From NCBI RefSeq assembly GCF_009914755.1, contig NC_060940.1: a DNA stretch of 64,000 nucleotides. The stretch is one strand, 5' to 3'. Source of the DNA: the human T2T-CHM13v2.0 reference genome, Homo sapiens. The position numbers and the translations under genes are program-made. Below the pieces are notes generated by a model. It saw nothing but the letters and a program-made list of their open reading frames with translations. It was not told the origin of the DNA and ran no database searches. Positions 39,396 through 53,046 of the stretch are shown here, one piece after another (position 1 is the first letter of the stretch; each line of letters starts with the position of its first letter).

Positions 39396-40648
39396 TAAGT
39401 TCAGTATTATTATTTTTCATATAGAGAATGAGTAAACTGAGGCTCAGAGAAGTTACATTCTATATCTATGGGCAGTATGGCAATGTGTGCCCTGAAACAG
39501 ATTGACCGGGCTCCAAAGCACAATTGCTTTCTTTCCCAGAATACACTCAGATGCAATGCCACAGATTCCAGAAGGCAAATGTTCACTCATTCTTTACTGG
39601 AATAATATGGTTTTTAAAAGACATCTACTAAGTGTCTGGTATTGTATAAGAGATGGCCCTTTGAAGCTTACAAAATGTCTTCCACAGCTGATAGGCTGGT
39701 TACCTCTCTTCAAGAGAGAGCTTTCAACTGGGAGCTTATGGCCTGCCTTCCCACAATTTGTCCCTTCAGTAAGAGTGGACATACAGGAGTCCATAGTGAA
39801 GGAGATAGGGGTGGTTGCCCTACCAAGGACTTTATTATCTGAAAAGAAGTAGCCAAGGAGAAAAATCAGCCAGTACCCAGAAGCAACCCTCCTAAGCTGA
39901 CATGCAAGGAATTGAAATCACAGGGGGATGATTCACAACTGATTTTTTATGAGTAAAAATTTAGGTTTTTGTCTCAGAGTAGTGTCATGGTTAAACAGTA
40001 TCCCTCTCCTTAGTGAGAGGTGATGGGTCTGGGGACCACATCTTACCTGGTTGATGCTTTCCTGCTGCTCTCCGGGGTATCCAAGTGACATGTGGTTGCA
40101 GTAAAGAGCAGAGAGCCAGCAATAGGATGGGAGGTCACCACGAGGAGCCTGTCTGGTAAGAGAGAGACTGTCTAGAATAGAGCAAGTAACCCAGCCTGGT
40201 TTGCATGGGTGATGGGAGGGAATGGGCAGATTCCTCTCATTGCTCCATTTCCTGCCCAACTCAGTGACCTCTGGCCAGTCTCTATAGCAGCCTGGGCTTC
40301 TGTGTCTGATCCTATTATGTTTTTCCTGGTTTCTGACAACCAGGGTTTTCTCTACCTTTCTTCTGAGTCACTGAGTTTCTTTTTTGGGTCTCTGCATTGG
40401 CCCTAGAATAACCTAAAACCTAAAACCTAGAGCTCCTATATCTAGAGAGAATGCAACTCTAGTTTACTCTAGTTAGTTTAGCTCTGCCCTAGTATTCATG
40501 AAGCTAAAGCTTAGGAAATCATCCACCTTGGTGAAATACCATAAGAAGGAGTTGTAGAATGGTATTGAGCAGGGTGGGGGTGGGTACAAGGGCACATTAG
40601 GACAATTAACTGATAATATCTAAGCAAGGGGAATGTAGGGGTGAAGTA

Positions 40649-40728
40649 TTGGATCGTTGCAATAGTGGTTGTGGTTCTGGCCATTACCTTCAATGGCAAA
40701 AACCGCAATTACTTTTGTGCCATTGTAA
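40649..40728. mobile_element. MADE1 (Hsmar1-derived MITE), left arm decayed
   Basis: 80 bp flanked by TA; right arm aatggcaaaaaccgcaattacttttg. Confidence 0.88.
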
Positions 40729-40789
40729 TAATTCCCAGCATTTCCATTCTAAGGGATCACTCGATGAAGTTCCAACCTTCTTGCACATT

Positions 40790-40936
40790 AAGGACCTTGC
40801 GTTCTCATTCTGCCTCAGCCACTACTTCTGTGCGATATTGAACATGTCAATTCTCCATCTGGGGACTCAGTTTCTTCATCTACACAGTGAGTGGGACCTT
40901 AGGATTTACTCAGGCTTCTTTCTGCCCTAAAAATCT
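40790..40936 (+). mobile_element. MIR (MIR3/MIRb)
   Basis: gactcagtttcttcatct core. Confidence 0.65.
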
Positions 40937-40989
40937 AGGCTTCTCTTTGTTTGAGACTTGAGAGACAAAGTATCCAAAATGACTTTCTT

Positions 40990-41737
40990 AGTTTGAGGTA
41001 TAATTTGCATACAATGACATGCTGTTCAGTGTGCTGTTGACTCAAATTTCGACAAACACATATACTTGTGTAACCTCATTTACCAGCGAGGACACAGAAC
41101 GTTTCCCTCACCACAAAAAATTCCCTTGTGCCAATTTCCAGTCAGTTCTCCACCCCAGAAGCAACCACTGAATTGATTTCTGTCACTGTAGGCGAGTCTT
41201 CTATGAAATTCTAAAATTTTATATAATGACATTGTACACTATGTTCTTCTGTGTTGTCTGATTCTTTCACTCTGTATATCATTTCTGAGATTCACATATG
41301 TTGTTTTATGCACATAATTTATTCCTTTTTTGCAGAGTAATATTCCATTGTATAAATATATCACAGCTTGTTTATCTATTTTTCTGTTGATGAACATTTG
41401 GCTTCTTTCCAGTGTTTCCCTGCTATGAGAGAAGCTGCTATGAACATTCTTTCATAAGATCTTTTTTGTAGACCTACATGTTTTCATTTCTCTTGGATAA
41501 ATACCCGAGAGTAGAATTGCTAGGTCGTTAGGTGGATATAAGTTTAACTGTTTGAGAAACTACTCAGCAATTTTCCTAGGTGATTTTACCATTTTACACT
41601 CTCACCAACAATGTATGAGAGTTCTAGTGGCTCCACATCTTCTCCATCATTTGATGCTGTCGTTATTTTTCTCTTTAGCCATTCTAGTGATTTTCTCACG
41701 GTTCACAATAATTTCTATGTGCATTTGCATTTCTTCT
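40990..41737 (-). mobile_element. L1ME/L1MD-type 3' end
   Basis: ttgaggtataatttgcatacaat...gcaaccactg...ataaatacccgagagtagaattgctagg...caacaatgtatgagagttc. Confidence 0.9.
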
Positions 41738-42034
41738 GCTTCCATTTACTACTGAATCAAAAGCACATTAGCATCAAAATCATCAAAAAGAATCAAAGAG
41801 ACTATAAATGCTTATTGAATATTGCATTCTTTTGCAGATGTGTGGTGTGCCAAACCATGCCTCATTTAATGAATCCATTCATTCCAGATAATTTCACTCC
41901 ATTTCTTTTCATAAATATGTACTACTTGCCAAATATGTATAAGCCTCTGGTACTAGATTCCTGTCAGGATGATAAGGAAAAGTAAGACTTGTTTTGTGCC
42001 TTCAAGAGCCTTAGAGAAGAGGCAGACCCTAATA

Positions 42035-42117
42035 TTAGGTTGGTGCAAAAGTAATTGCAGTTTTTGCCATTAAAAGTAATGGTAAAAAACTGCAATGATT
42101 TTTGCACTGACCTTTAA
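42035..42117. mobile_element. MADE1 MITE (miR-548-type hairpin)
   Basis: ttaggttggtgcaaaagtaattgcagtttttgccatt...aatggtaaaaaactgcaatgatttttgcac; TA flanks. Confidence 0.95.
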
Positions 42118-43049
42118 TATCAAAGATGTTGTACTGTGACTACAGTGAAACCTGAAGGGTGTTCTCCAATTAAAGAGGCAAGTATTGGGAGAGTTCTGAA
42201 TAGGGGGGAAAGAATTCCCGCCACCACAATCAAGGAAAGAGACAGATGTGATTTTGAAAACTTGCACGTAAAGCAGTATTAGTGAACCCTGGTTTAGAGG
42301 CGCCAGAGAAAGGGTGAACAGGGAAGTTAAAATCTGAATGCACCTTCCCATTTTCTCAACTTGGCATATGGTGGGCATCTTTAAGACATGGCACACTTCG
42401 TGTCACTAGAGGAGATTGGGGCAGCCAGTCCAGTGAGTTTCAGGATTGCACCAACAGGCTGGTGCCTAGGAGGTATGCAGGTGCTGGCTTGTAAAATGGG
42501 CAATGGTGTCCCAGGGGTTGAGTGCAGAACATGAAGAGACAGGAGGTGGTGGTGAGGCTTTCTCTCCAAAGTGTTGGCTTGAAAAGCACATTCAGCATCT
42601 GCAGGAGTAATGCCTGGGTCTTCTTTGAGGCGTGCCTCATGATACCCAATTTGAGCTTTCTGTTCTCTGTCAAGTCAGTGTTTTCCTAGACCCTGGAAGA
42701 GTCATATTTTTGGGGGCACAGTGAAGAGCCCATCACGGCTGCGGAAGTGCTAGATAAGGCTTGTTTCTCTGTCCTGGTTGGAGTCACCCTAGTAGAAAAA
42801 CCTAACAGAGTGGGCCTGTCAGAAAGAAGGTTATATTCTCTTCCTGTTTTCATGCTGAGTGAGAACGTTGAGCAGAGGCAACCTCCTATTCTTTCATTAC
42901 CATCTTCATCTCTATTAAGTACTGTATGCAGTACATGTACAAACTGCTGGGGATATGGAGATGAGAGTTGTGGCCCTTAAGTTTAAAGTGTAGTCACACA
43001 GAAAGGTAAAATGATTATTGGAATACAGGGAAAGAAAGCACTACAACAT

Positions 43050-43354
43050 TGTATTAGTTGATTTTTGCACTGCTATGAGGAAATACCCAAGGCTGGGCAA
43101 TTTATAAAGGAAAGAGATTTAACTGACTCACAGTTCTGTGTGGCTGGGGAGGCCTCAGGAAACTTACTGTCATGGTGGAAGGGGAAGCAAACACATCCTT
43201 CTTCACATGGCAGCAGGAGAGAGAACAGCATGGGAGAACCACCCCCATGATCTAATCACTTCCCATGAGGTCCCTACCCTAATATGTGGGAATTACAATT
43301 TGGATTACAATTCAAGATGAGATTTGGGTGGAAACACAGAGCCAGAACATATCA
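43050..43354 (-). mobile_element. THE1C/D or MSTA solo LTR with internal deletion
   Basis: tgtattag...ggctggggaggcctcaggaaactta...caagatgagatttgggtgg...catatca. Confidence 0.92.
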
Positions 43355-44689
43355 CATATACTTGTAACTTGGGCAGGGACACCTAATCTAACTGGTAGGT
43401 ATCAGGGAATATTTCTCCCAATAAATTATTCTTAAACTTAGATGAGAAAAAGGGAAAGGTTAGCTAGTAAAGGGAGAAGTGCATGCCTATACTTGGAAGA
43501 AAAAGAAATCCTTGCATTCCCAGGGTATGAGCTAGAGTGGCTCACTGGGGCTAGAACATAGACTGTGAGGGGGATGCAGAAGTTTGTAAATCCTGATCCT
43601 TTGGAGTCACTGAGCTGGGTAGTTACACTTGTCAGTTTCCCTAAGTTTCTTTCTGGATAGCTTTGTATGTGTTACAATGCAGCTCAGTGTGTGTGTGTGT
43701 TGATTCTATAAATTCTGTAGCTGCAGGCTCTAGCAGTTCTGAGTGAGTACAGTCCATTAAGTTTTGCTCCCCACAGCTCATGTTAAAGGTCTATTTTCTG
43801 CTGCTGGACATCACCTAGTAGCTTTTTCTTTTGTGCAAAGTTTGGACTCACCTCTGAGGAGGAGGAGGAAAGCAAAAGACAAGGGGTCACGTAGAAAGCC
43901 TAACAAAATTATCTGGGTTGGTACAGGGTTAGGGAATGGGGGCAAAGATATTCTATTAGAAGTTTTGGTCTTCATTTTAGAGGTGTGCACCAAGCCAGCT
44001 CTCATTCATGAGAGTAAGTAGAAAAGACTCCATGGACTGAAATGTTGAGGGTCTTAAGAGTCTACAGAGAGCAGGTATTTGAACTATTAAATCTCCAAAC
44101 TCCCATGAAAATACCATGCCAAAATGGCTTCTATCCAGGCTAATCAGGAGTTAGCCCAAAATCTAGTCTGTTATAGGTAGTCCAGTGGTAAAGCAAACTC
44201 CAAATGAAACTTTCATACATTATTATGAATAACAAGGCAGAATGTCAACACAGGCAGGTTAAAAGTAGCTTATTAAAAAGGAGGTGTTTGGTGCCACCTC
44301 CCATCCTGGGAAATTATGACTCAACTATCTAGAGACCACAGCACTTGGAAGCTGGAAAAAAACAGGTAGCACTGTAGGAGACAAAGTCTGGCTGTACAAC
44401 CCTGGTTCCTCTGAGGATGAGGGTCATGTTTGGTTATGGAGCTGGATTATGACCAACTACAATAGTTGAGAGAAAAGCCTCTGTTTTAATTCATGAAGTT
44501 CTGGACTTTTGAGGGAACAGTGATGAAGTGGGACTCCAGGAGTGGACAGGAAATCAAGGTGCTAGCAGAGAGGAACAGTAAACTCCCTTTTAATGGCTCT
44601 ACTTCTCCACCCTTCAAAAACTCTGCCCTTTGATGGAATGGTCTCAGGACCATCTTATGTCCCTACAGCCATATTACAAGAGTTACTGC

Positions 44690-45020
44690 AATCCTTTCTC
44701 TCCTTCCCTCTTCAAATCTAACCAATCCCCAATATTCACAAGTCTTGCTGATTCAACCTCATAAGTAGTTTATGAATTCACTGTCTCAGTTATAGTGGCC
44801 ACAACTCAAGCCCTTATTCTCTGTTGCCTGGACCATTCCAGTGCTTCTCTAAATAGACTTCCTGTCTCAATTTTGGACCCTTCCTGACTAATTCATGATC
44901 TAGAGTCAGATACTGTTCTAGAATTTGAATCCAATTCTGCCTCAACATGACTTAAACCCCTGACATGTGCAGAGGATACAGGTGAACTTCCACAGCTGCG
45001 GTCACAAGATCCTCCCTAAT
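44690..45020 (+). mobile_element. L2 fragment
   Basis: caagtcttgctgattcaacctc...tgcctggaccattccagtg. Confidence 0.6.
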
Positions 45021-45289
45021 GGAGCCTGGCCCACTGCTTCAATCACCTCAGCCACAGCTCCCAACCTCTCACAGCTTCTTCACCACACCAGCTGCCAGCT
45101 GTTCCTCACAGGTGCCTCATTTGCAATGCTGGAGAAACCACTGAGTCTAATTCATCTTTGTGTTCTTTCCATCTATCCTAGTCCCAGCGATGGGGTCAAC
45201 ATGCAATAAATAACTCTGGAATGAGGGAGTGACTATGTGTGGAGCTCACAGTTTATCCTTAACCTAAACCCATGTGGTTGTTAAAAGAC

Positions 45290-45480
45290 TTTACAGACAG
45301 GAGTTCTAACTCCCTCCCCATTACTTTCCAGTGATGTGACCACCTTCTCAGCCTCAGTATCCTCATCTGTGAAATGGTGACAATAAATGGATTATTATGA
45401 GAATTACACAATAAAATGTCTGCAAGCTCTCACCACGATGCTTCGAATGTGCTCAGTAAGCAGCCCAACTACTGTCATTA
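45290..45480 (+). mobile_element. MIR SINE
   Basis: gcctcagtatcctcatctgtgaaatgg. Confidence 0.8.
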
Positions 45481-46569
45481 TTATGATCATTATCATTATT
45501 ATTAATGATTAACTATTATTAATAGCAGTAGTCCCTCTTCAGTTTTATTATGGGAGCTGTTCACTCCTGTTTTGGGCATTGATTTCCTCATCTTGCTATC
45601 ATGGAGTTGAGTGGGGACAGCCCAATTCCTCATCATCAAACAATAGAAGTGCACTACTCCCTGAGATCACATCTATGTCTGTCACTATTAAGGGGTGTGA
45701 TTGATAGCAGGCATTCTGAGGGTGTGTGTGGAAACCAAAGGAAGAAAATAAGAGCAAACTACTGACTCTAATAAATACATAATATATATTATCTGCTCTC
45801 TCTCTCTGTGTGTTTTCTGAATGTGTTACATCTAAGCTAAAAAAGTCTGGCTTTGGTCTCTGGTTTAAATTGGGGCTATGACCTCATTATCTGGGGTTGC
45901 AGGCTCCAAAATAAACCTTACTCCACAATTTAGTGAAATTCAAGAAACGATTATGTGTAAGAATCTCGGGAAGATCTCATTCTATTTCCACGTATTTCCA
46001 CATCCAAAACAAACACAGTAATGCCTATGAACATCCCAGGTGTCCACCGGTGTGGGGGGATATTGGAAACTGAGAAGTTACTGTTGGCAGTTTCTATCAA
46101 GGCCAACTCTACTGAACTTGTCAGAAGAGGTTGAAAGATTTACCCAATTTAAATCCCCTTCACGGCCTTCTGGTCTACTGTTGTTTTCTGACCTACCACA
46201 GACCAAAACAGTCATTTCATTTGTCAAATTCATGTTTGGCTGTTGTGCAAGAAGAACCCGCATTATGCAGCAAAGATCTCCAGAAATGATTATAGCAAAT
46301 CCCCTGTTATTGTTGGTTGTCTCTTGTTTTTGCTCAAAGCCTATCTCAAACTTCTTCCCTATCTTTCCTTTTAAGTTCTCACAGTGTCTTATCTAAAATA
46401 AAATGGGCTCTTCTGGGTTTGTGAAATAATACATGGGGGTTGGTTCAAATATTTTTTTTTTCTTAATGGAAGGAATAATCGTGGGATTCAACTCGTTGCC
46501 AGGGATTATGCTAGAAACCTATTACATTGTAGGGGTCTCACTTTATCATCATGATAATGCTGAAAGAAT

Positions 46570-46690
46570 TTTACCTCAGTGGAGAAACTGAGGTTCAGAG
46601 AAGTTATTTAACTTCATTAATATCACACAAATAGTGAACAGTGGAGATGGAATTAAAAACATTTCAGGGCTTAATCCAAATTCCACACAT
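46570..46690 (-). mobile_element. MIR SINE
   Basis: gagaaactgaggttcagagaagtta. Confidence 0.75.
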
Positions 46691-47610
46691 TGCATTACCC
46701 TGCCTTTTTTTTTCTTTTTTAAATACCTCCAGGAATTTTGTTTCCTAGTCACAACTCTGAGTTTTTCCACAGTGGAGAATATAGTCAGGGAAGAAGTTAC
46801 AGTGGTAAACAGGAAGGAAGTACAGAGCACCCCCGTCTCTCCATAGGCTGGGAAGACATATTGGTGGGTCAGAAATTAAACAATATCTGCTCCTCATCAA
46901 AGAGAAGAGCTTTAGGATTGAATTAGAGAAAGCAGCCTGTAGACTTTCCTTTTAGAGTTGTAAAATTGAATGTTCTTTATCTTAAAAATATAAAATCCAT
47001 TCAATTACAGCACAGAAGGTAAAATTTCTTTCCAAGTGTACCCAGAGATTATTGAAAGAGGAGAATCCTCTTAAAATCATCACACTTTGGCATTTTGAAC
47101 AAGCACCCTTGTTCACCATAGGCATGGTGCCCCAGGACTTCCTTTGGGAACATGAAGAGTCTCCCTTGAGTTTCAAGTTTGCTGCTGCCAAATCCGGGTC
47201 CCTCCTACCCAGAAAGGACCTCTCCCAGTTGGGATCGGTGTGGATGCTTCTTTGCCAAGAATTGCCAAGAGATTCGAATAGTTCCAGAATGTGGAATAAT
47301 TGCAAATTAATTGCATTTAATTACACAAGGCTAGATCATCAAATATCTTCTAGGTAGTTTGTGCTTTCTTTTGGGTATCAATGTATAATTTAAAGCATAA
47401 ATAATGCAAATTTCCCTTTTGGAAATATTAACTAGTGCAGTGTTCTACCTAATGGAGGTTATTATTTTAATGTTTGTGAAATTAAGTTTTCCTATCTAAA
47501 TTGAAGTTGTAGGTAGCCAAATAATCATTCTTGCAGTAGTAGAAGGTATTTTTCCCTGAGGAATATGAACAAACAATGAGTACAGCTACAAGTTCTAAAA
47601 TGTTCAGCAT

Positions 47611-47685
47611 TATATATATATTATATAACATATATATGTTTATATGTTATATATATGTATATATATAAATATGTTTATATATATA
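47611..47685. repeat. (TA)n-rich tract
   Basis: Read directly. Confidence 0.9.
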
Positions 47686-48051
47686 AAGCAATACTTCTTC
47701 CTCCCACTGGAGAAGGGAACTAAACAAAATAATTGTCTAGACTTAAACCTCCTTTTCTCCAAGTCATTTTGATGTTTACTCTGTTTACAGACCAGTGCTT
47801 GAGAAGTGCCCTTCTCTATCAGGCTAGCCCAGGCTCAGTATGACTTACAAACAGTATAATTTGGGGTTTGCCAAATCCCCAAATCTATAAAGAGGATGGA
47901 TCAGCTGAATAAATAGTATGGTTTAATGGAAGACTATGGGTTCTGTACCTCACTTGCCAATATTTGTTGAGGGGCCCTGGGCGGAAACCAGCATCTCCCT
48001 AAATCTCACATTATCCTTTTATAAAATTAGGGGATTGATCTACTTAATTTC

Positions 48052-48362
48052 TTTTTTTTTTCTTTTCTTTTTTTCTTTTTCTTTTTCTTTTTTTTTTTGA
48101 GATGGAGTCTCGCACTGTTGGCTGGATCTCGGCTCACTGCAAGCTCGGCCTTCCGGGTTTATGCCATTCTCCTGCCTCAGCCTCCTGAGTAGCTGGGACT
48201 ACAGGCGCCCACCACCACACCTGGCTAATTTTTTGTATTTTTAGCAGAGAAGGGGTTTCACTGCATTAGCCAGGATGATCTCGATCTCCTGACCTCAAGT
48301 GATCCGCCTGCCTCGGCCTCCCAAAGTGCTGGGATTACAGGCGTGAGCCACCGCGCCCGGCC
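48052..48362 (-). mobile_element. AluY-like with ~19-nt deletion and one S-type site
   Basis: gcaagctc, gccattctcc, ttagccaggatg and ctcgatctcc are Y-type; gacctcaagtgatcc is S-type; TSD aatttct. Confidence 0.95.
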
Positions 48363-49414
48363 AATTTCTAAGGCTCCATTAGGGCTAAGGTTCATGTATC
48401 CATGGTGAAGTATAGAAGAACTCAGAATCGTTCCAAACATAATGGGCTTGGAGTAATGGAGAACTCCAAGGGCAGGAGGTAACCATTAAAGAGGACCATC
48501 ATGTAGTGTGAGGAGTCAACATTTCACACTAGAAAGCCCTTGGTTCAAGTTTTGTCTCTGCCACCTACAGATTTTGTAACCCTGAGTAAGTTACTCTACC
48601 TCCCTAAACCTCCAGTTCTGTGATAAATATAAAGCCCTTGGTGCACTTTTGAGGCAGAATGAGCTCTTATTAATTGCTAAATCTAAATAAAAATTAAAAA
48701 GAAAAACTGGCACATAGCTTATCCCAGGTGTTTGTCTTCTGAGGCCATCTTCTTGGGTCTGTTTATTCTTATATCCTCTTCTTCTCACTCTTCTTTCACT
48801 TTTTCTGCTAAACCTGTTAGATTTCTGATTTTTGTCCACAAAGCAGTGCCATGTATTTGCTAATTCTTCACAGTAGGACTATCTAAGTCCCAAATTAGCT
48901 CTATCTTGATAGTCTATGGACTTCAGAGCACGTCTCTCCTTGGAAATTAATAGGAACACTTGTTTATTATTATTGTCTTCAATCTGGTCTCCCCACTGCT
49001 TGTACCCATACTTTCCTGTCTATTCTACACACTGTAACCAGACGGTCATATCCCTGCATAGTGCAAATTCCTTAATAGCTTCCCCACTGATTTTATTTAT
49101 TGATCAAGCCAAAATTCTTAACACAGCCCTGCTTATTACAGACCTTGCTAGTTTCATCAGACTGTATCTCTGCTTTCCTCAATGTGGGGTTTTCTCATGG
49201 CATCTTAAATATTAGCACCCTCCAAATACATTTTTGTTCACACTTAAAGCCCAACTCAAAAGCTTCTTCCTCCAGGAAGCACTCCTTGATCTCTATTCTG
49301 ACTCCATTCATCTAAGACAAGATCATGCCTTCTTGGTAAATGTTCACATAAGAAGCCTACGCTGTCCAATTCTTTTTATTTTTAACAATCATTACAATTA
49401 CAATTTAACAATTA

Positions 49415-49704
49415 GGTCTGGCACAGGCTCACACCTGTAATCCCGGCACTTTGCGAGGCTGAGGCGGACCGATTGCTTTGAGCTCAGGAGTTCGAGACCA
49501 GCCTGGGCAACATGGTAAAACCCTGTCTCTACAAAAATTAGCTGAGCGTTGGTGGCACACACCTGTAGTCCCAGCTACTTGGGAGGCTGAGGCTGGAGAA
49601 TCACTCGAGCCCAAGAAGCAGAGGTTGCAGTGAGCAGAGATCACACCACTGCACTACAATCTGGGTGACAGAGTGAAACCCTGTCTCAGACAAACAAAAA
49701 AAAG
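49415..49704 (+). mobile_element. AluJ (Jb-like)
   Basis: attgctttgagctcaggag, ctcgagccc; TSD aacaatta / aacaacta. Confidence 0.93.
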
Positions 49705-49729
49705 AACAACTATCGGTACAACCCCTAAG

Positions 49730-49870
49730 TTGATGTTTATTCTCTCTTCCTCCCCATGTAAGCTTCAGGTCTAGGTTGTGACTGCCTTTTCCACTATTAT
49801 ATCCACACTGCACAATATAGTTAGTGCCTGGCACATAGTACTTGTTCAATAATATTTAATGAATAAATAA
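49730..49870 (+). mobile_element. L2 3' end
   Basis: agtgcctggcacatagtacttgttcaataatatttaatgaata. Confidence 0.8.
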
Positions 49871-50895
49871 CTGGCTCTTTGAATGACAACATACACATCT
49901 AAAATGAAGAAAGTTCATCCTGGAATTGTAAGAAGTGGAGTTAAATGCTCATAAATTATTTAAAAAGTTAGATATTTGACAGGAACAAAATGATCCTGAG
50001 ATCCTGAGAGGCTCCAGGATGTACAATTGTTGAAATGTCACCTTTAAGTCATAGGTATTGATTTACAGTTTGCATTCTTGAGTACATAGGATTCTGTACT
50101 AGCAGGGGGAAAAATCAAATTTCTGCATCTCAGTGAAGGAGAAGTCTAAGTCACATTTGGTATCATCTGTCGGAAGGTTGTGGGGTGTGTGTGTGTGTGC
50201 GTGTGTGTATTTAAGGGTTTTACATTGGCATTCTTGGTGGTAAGAAGAAAAATGACTTAAGCCATATTTTTTTTCATCAGAGATTAGTTTCGCCTATTCA
50301 AAACTTCAGTTGAATGGGATCATACAGAGTACTGCTTCATATCTGGCTGCTTCTGTTCAGTATTTGAGGTGTATTCATGTTGTGGCATGTTTCATAGTTT
50401 ATTACATGTTATTGTTGTATGGTATTCCATTGTATGTATATGTCACTAATTGTTTATTCATTTCCTTTTGATGGACATCTGAACTCTGTATAGTTATTTA
50501 TTATTGTTGGTGAAGCTTCTGTAAATATTCTTGTACGAGTCTTTTTATGTACATATGCTTTCATCTCTTTTGGGTGCACAATAAAACTGGTATTGCTGGG
50601 TCCTGGTGTAGGCGTATGTTTACTTTTATGATATTGCTGGACTGGTTTCCAACTGATCCTACCATTTTGCACTCCTTCCAGGTCCACAGCAACATCTGGC
50701 GCTGTCAATCTCTTTTGTTTCAGCCATTCTAGTCAGTGCATGACACTATCTCATGGTTTTATTTATATTTTCCTGATGACTAATGTTGAACACTTTTTCG
50801 TGTGCCTTTGACCATTTGAGTATTTTTAAAATTAAGTTCTGGTTTGAGTTTCCTGTTCATTAAAGAAGCTGAGTCATTTATCTTTCAGATATTGA

Positions 50896-51256
<361 letters not shown>

Positions 51257-53046
51257 GAGTATCAGTCTTTTGACTATTTTCTCAACGTGTATGTCTTAAT
51301 ATGCACTTTATAATGTTGTATGTTGAAAGGTAGGTATGCTTAATTTTAATGAAGTCCATTTTTGCCATGTTATTTTTCCTTCATGGTAGGTACTTTTTGT
51401 CTCCTAAGAAACTTTTGATCACTTTAATGATGTGAAAAAATTCTCTGAGATTCAATATAGAAGATTTTTACTTTTATCTTTTACATTGAGGCCCATGGAC
51501 CATCTGAAATTAATTTTTGAATATGGTGTGAGATATAAGTCAAGTTTCATCTATTTTATATATAGATAAATTCCTTCCCCAATAAATGGCTTTGGTCCAT
51601 TGTTGAAAAATCTACTAACCATTTAAGTCTGGGTCTATTTCTGAATTTTCTATTCTGTTATATTGATATGTTTTTCCAATAAGTATTTTATATTCTGTGA
51701 TATTACTTATATTTTTGTGTTATTGAAAAATTTTTAAAAATGTTATTTTAAGATTGATTTCTGTGAACATATGGAAACATAATTTATTTTTCTATATTGA
51801 CTGTATCCTGTGACCTCAATGAATTTATTTATTCACTCTGGTAGCACTTTGTTACATTCTTTATGATTTTCTACATACAGGATGATGTCATCAGCTAATA
51901 AAGGTAGTTCTACTTCTTCCTTCCTAATATATTTGGCTTTTATTTTTCTTGTCTTATGGCACTGTCTAGGACCTCCAGTAAAACGTTGAATAAAATTTAT
52001 GAGGAAAGACATCTTTACCTTATTCCTGACCTTAGGGAAAAAGTACTTAATCTTTTATTTTAAGTAGAATGTTAGCTATAGTATTTTCCATAGATTCCTT
52101 TTATTAGATTGAGAACATTTCCTTCAACTCCTACTATGCTAAGAATTTCTGTCACTAACAGGTTTTACACATTGTTAAAGTGTGCATTCACTGTGATAAT
52201 TATATAATTTTTCTCTTATATTCTGTTAATGTGGTGTATTGTATTTTCAAGTATTAAACCTACCTTACATTCTTAAAACAAATTGAACTTGATCATGATA
52301 TATTATCCTCTTGGTTGCCAAAATACTGTCAAGTTCCATTTCCTGGTATTCTGTTAAAGGTTTTTGTTTTTCAACCTATGTTAATGAAGATTTTTTTTTT
52401 CTTATAATGTCTGTCTGGTTTTGCTATCAGGGTTATGTTGTCTTCGTAAAATGAGGTAAAAATTTTTCCTTCTTCCTTTGTTTTCTGAAAGAATTTATGT
52501 AGGAGTAGCATTATTTCTTCCTTGCAAGCCTAATAAAATTTACCAGGGAAGCCATTTGAACCTGATTTTTTTTTGTGATAGGTGTTTATGAATTGAAATT
52601 CTTTAATAGATGTAGAATATTTGAAACTTCTATTTCTTCTTCTATCAGTTTTAATAATTTGTGTATTTTAAGAAATAGGTCTTGGTATTGGTATAAAGCT
52701 CTTTCAATATTCCTTTATTATCTTTTTAATGTTGGTAGTGTTTATAGTGTTTTCATTCTTTATATTGCTAGTAAATGATTACTCTTTTTTTCTTGACTAG
52801 TGGAATTAGGGGTTTATGAATTTTATTAATATTTTCAAGGAACCAATCTTTTGTTTCCTTGATTTTTATCTGTTGTTTATCCATTTTTTTCATTTATTTC
52901 CACTCTTTCTATTATTGCCTTTTTTCTGAATAGTTTAGGTATAATTTGCTATTATTTTTCTAGTTTCTTATAGTGGAAATTTAGGTCCACACTTTTAAAT
53001 CTTTCTTTTATGTTAATAGAAATACCTAAAGCTATAAATTTCCTCC

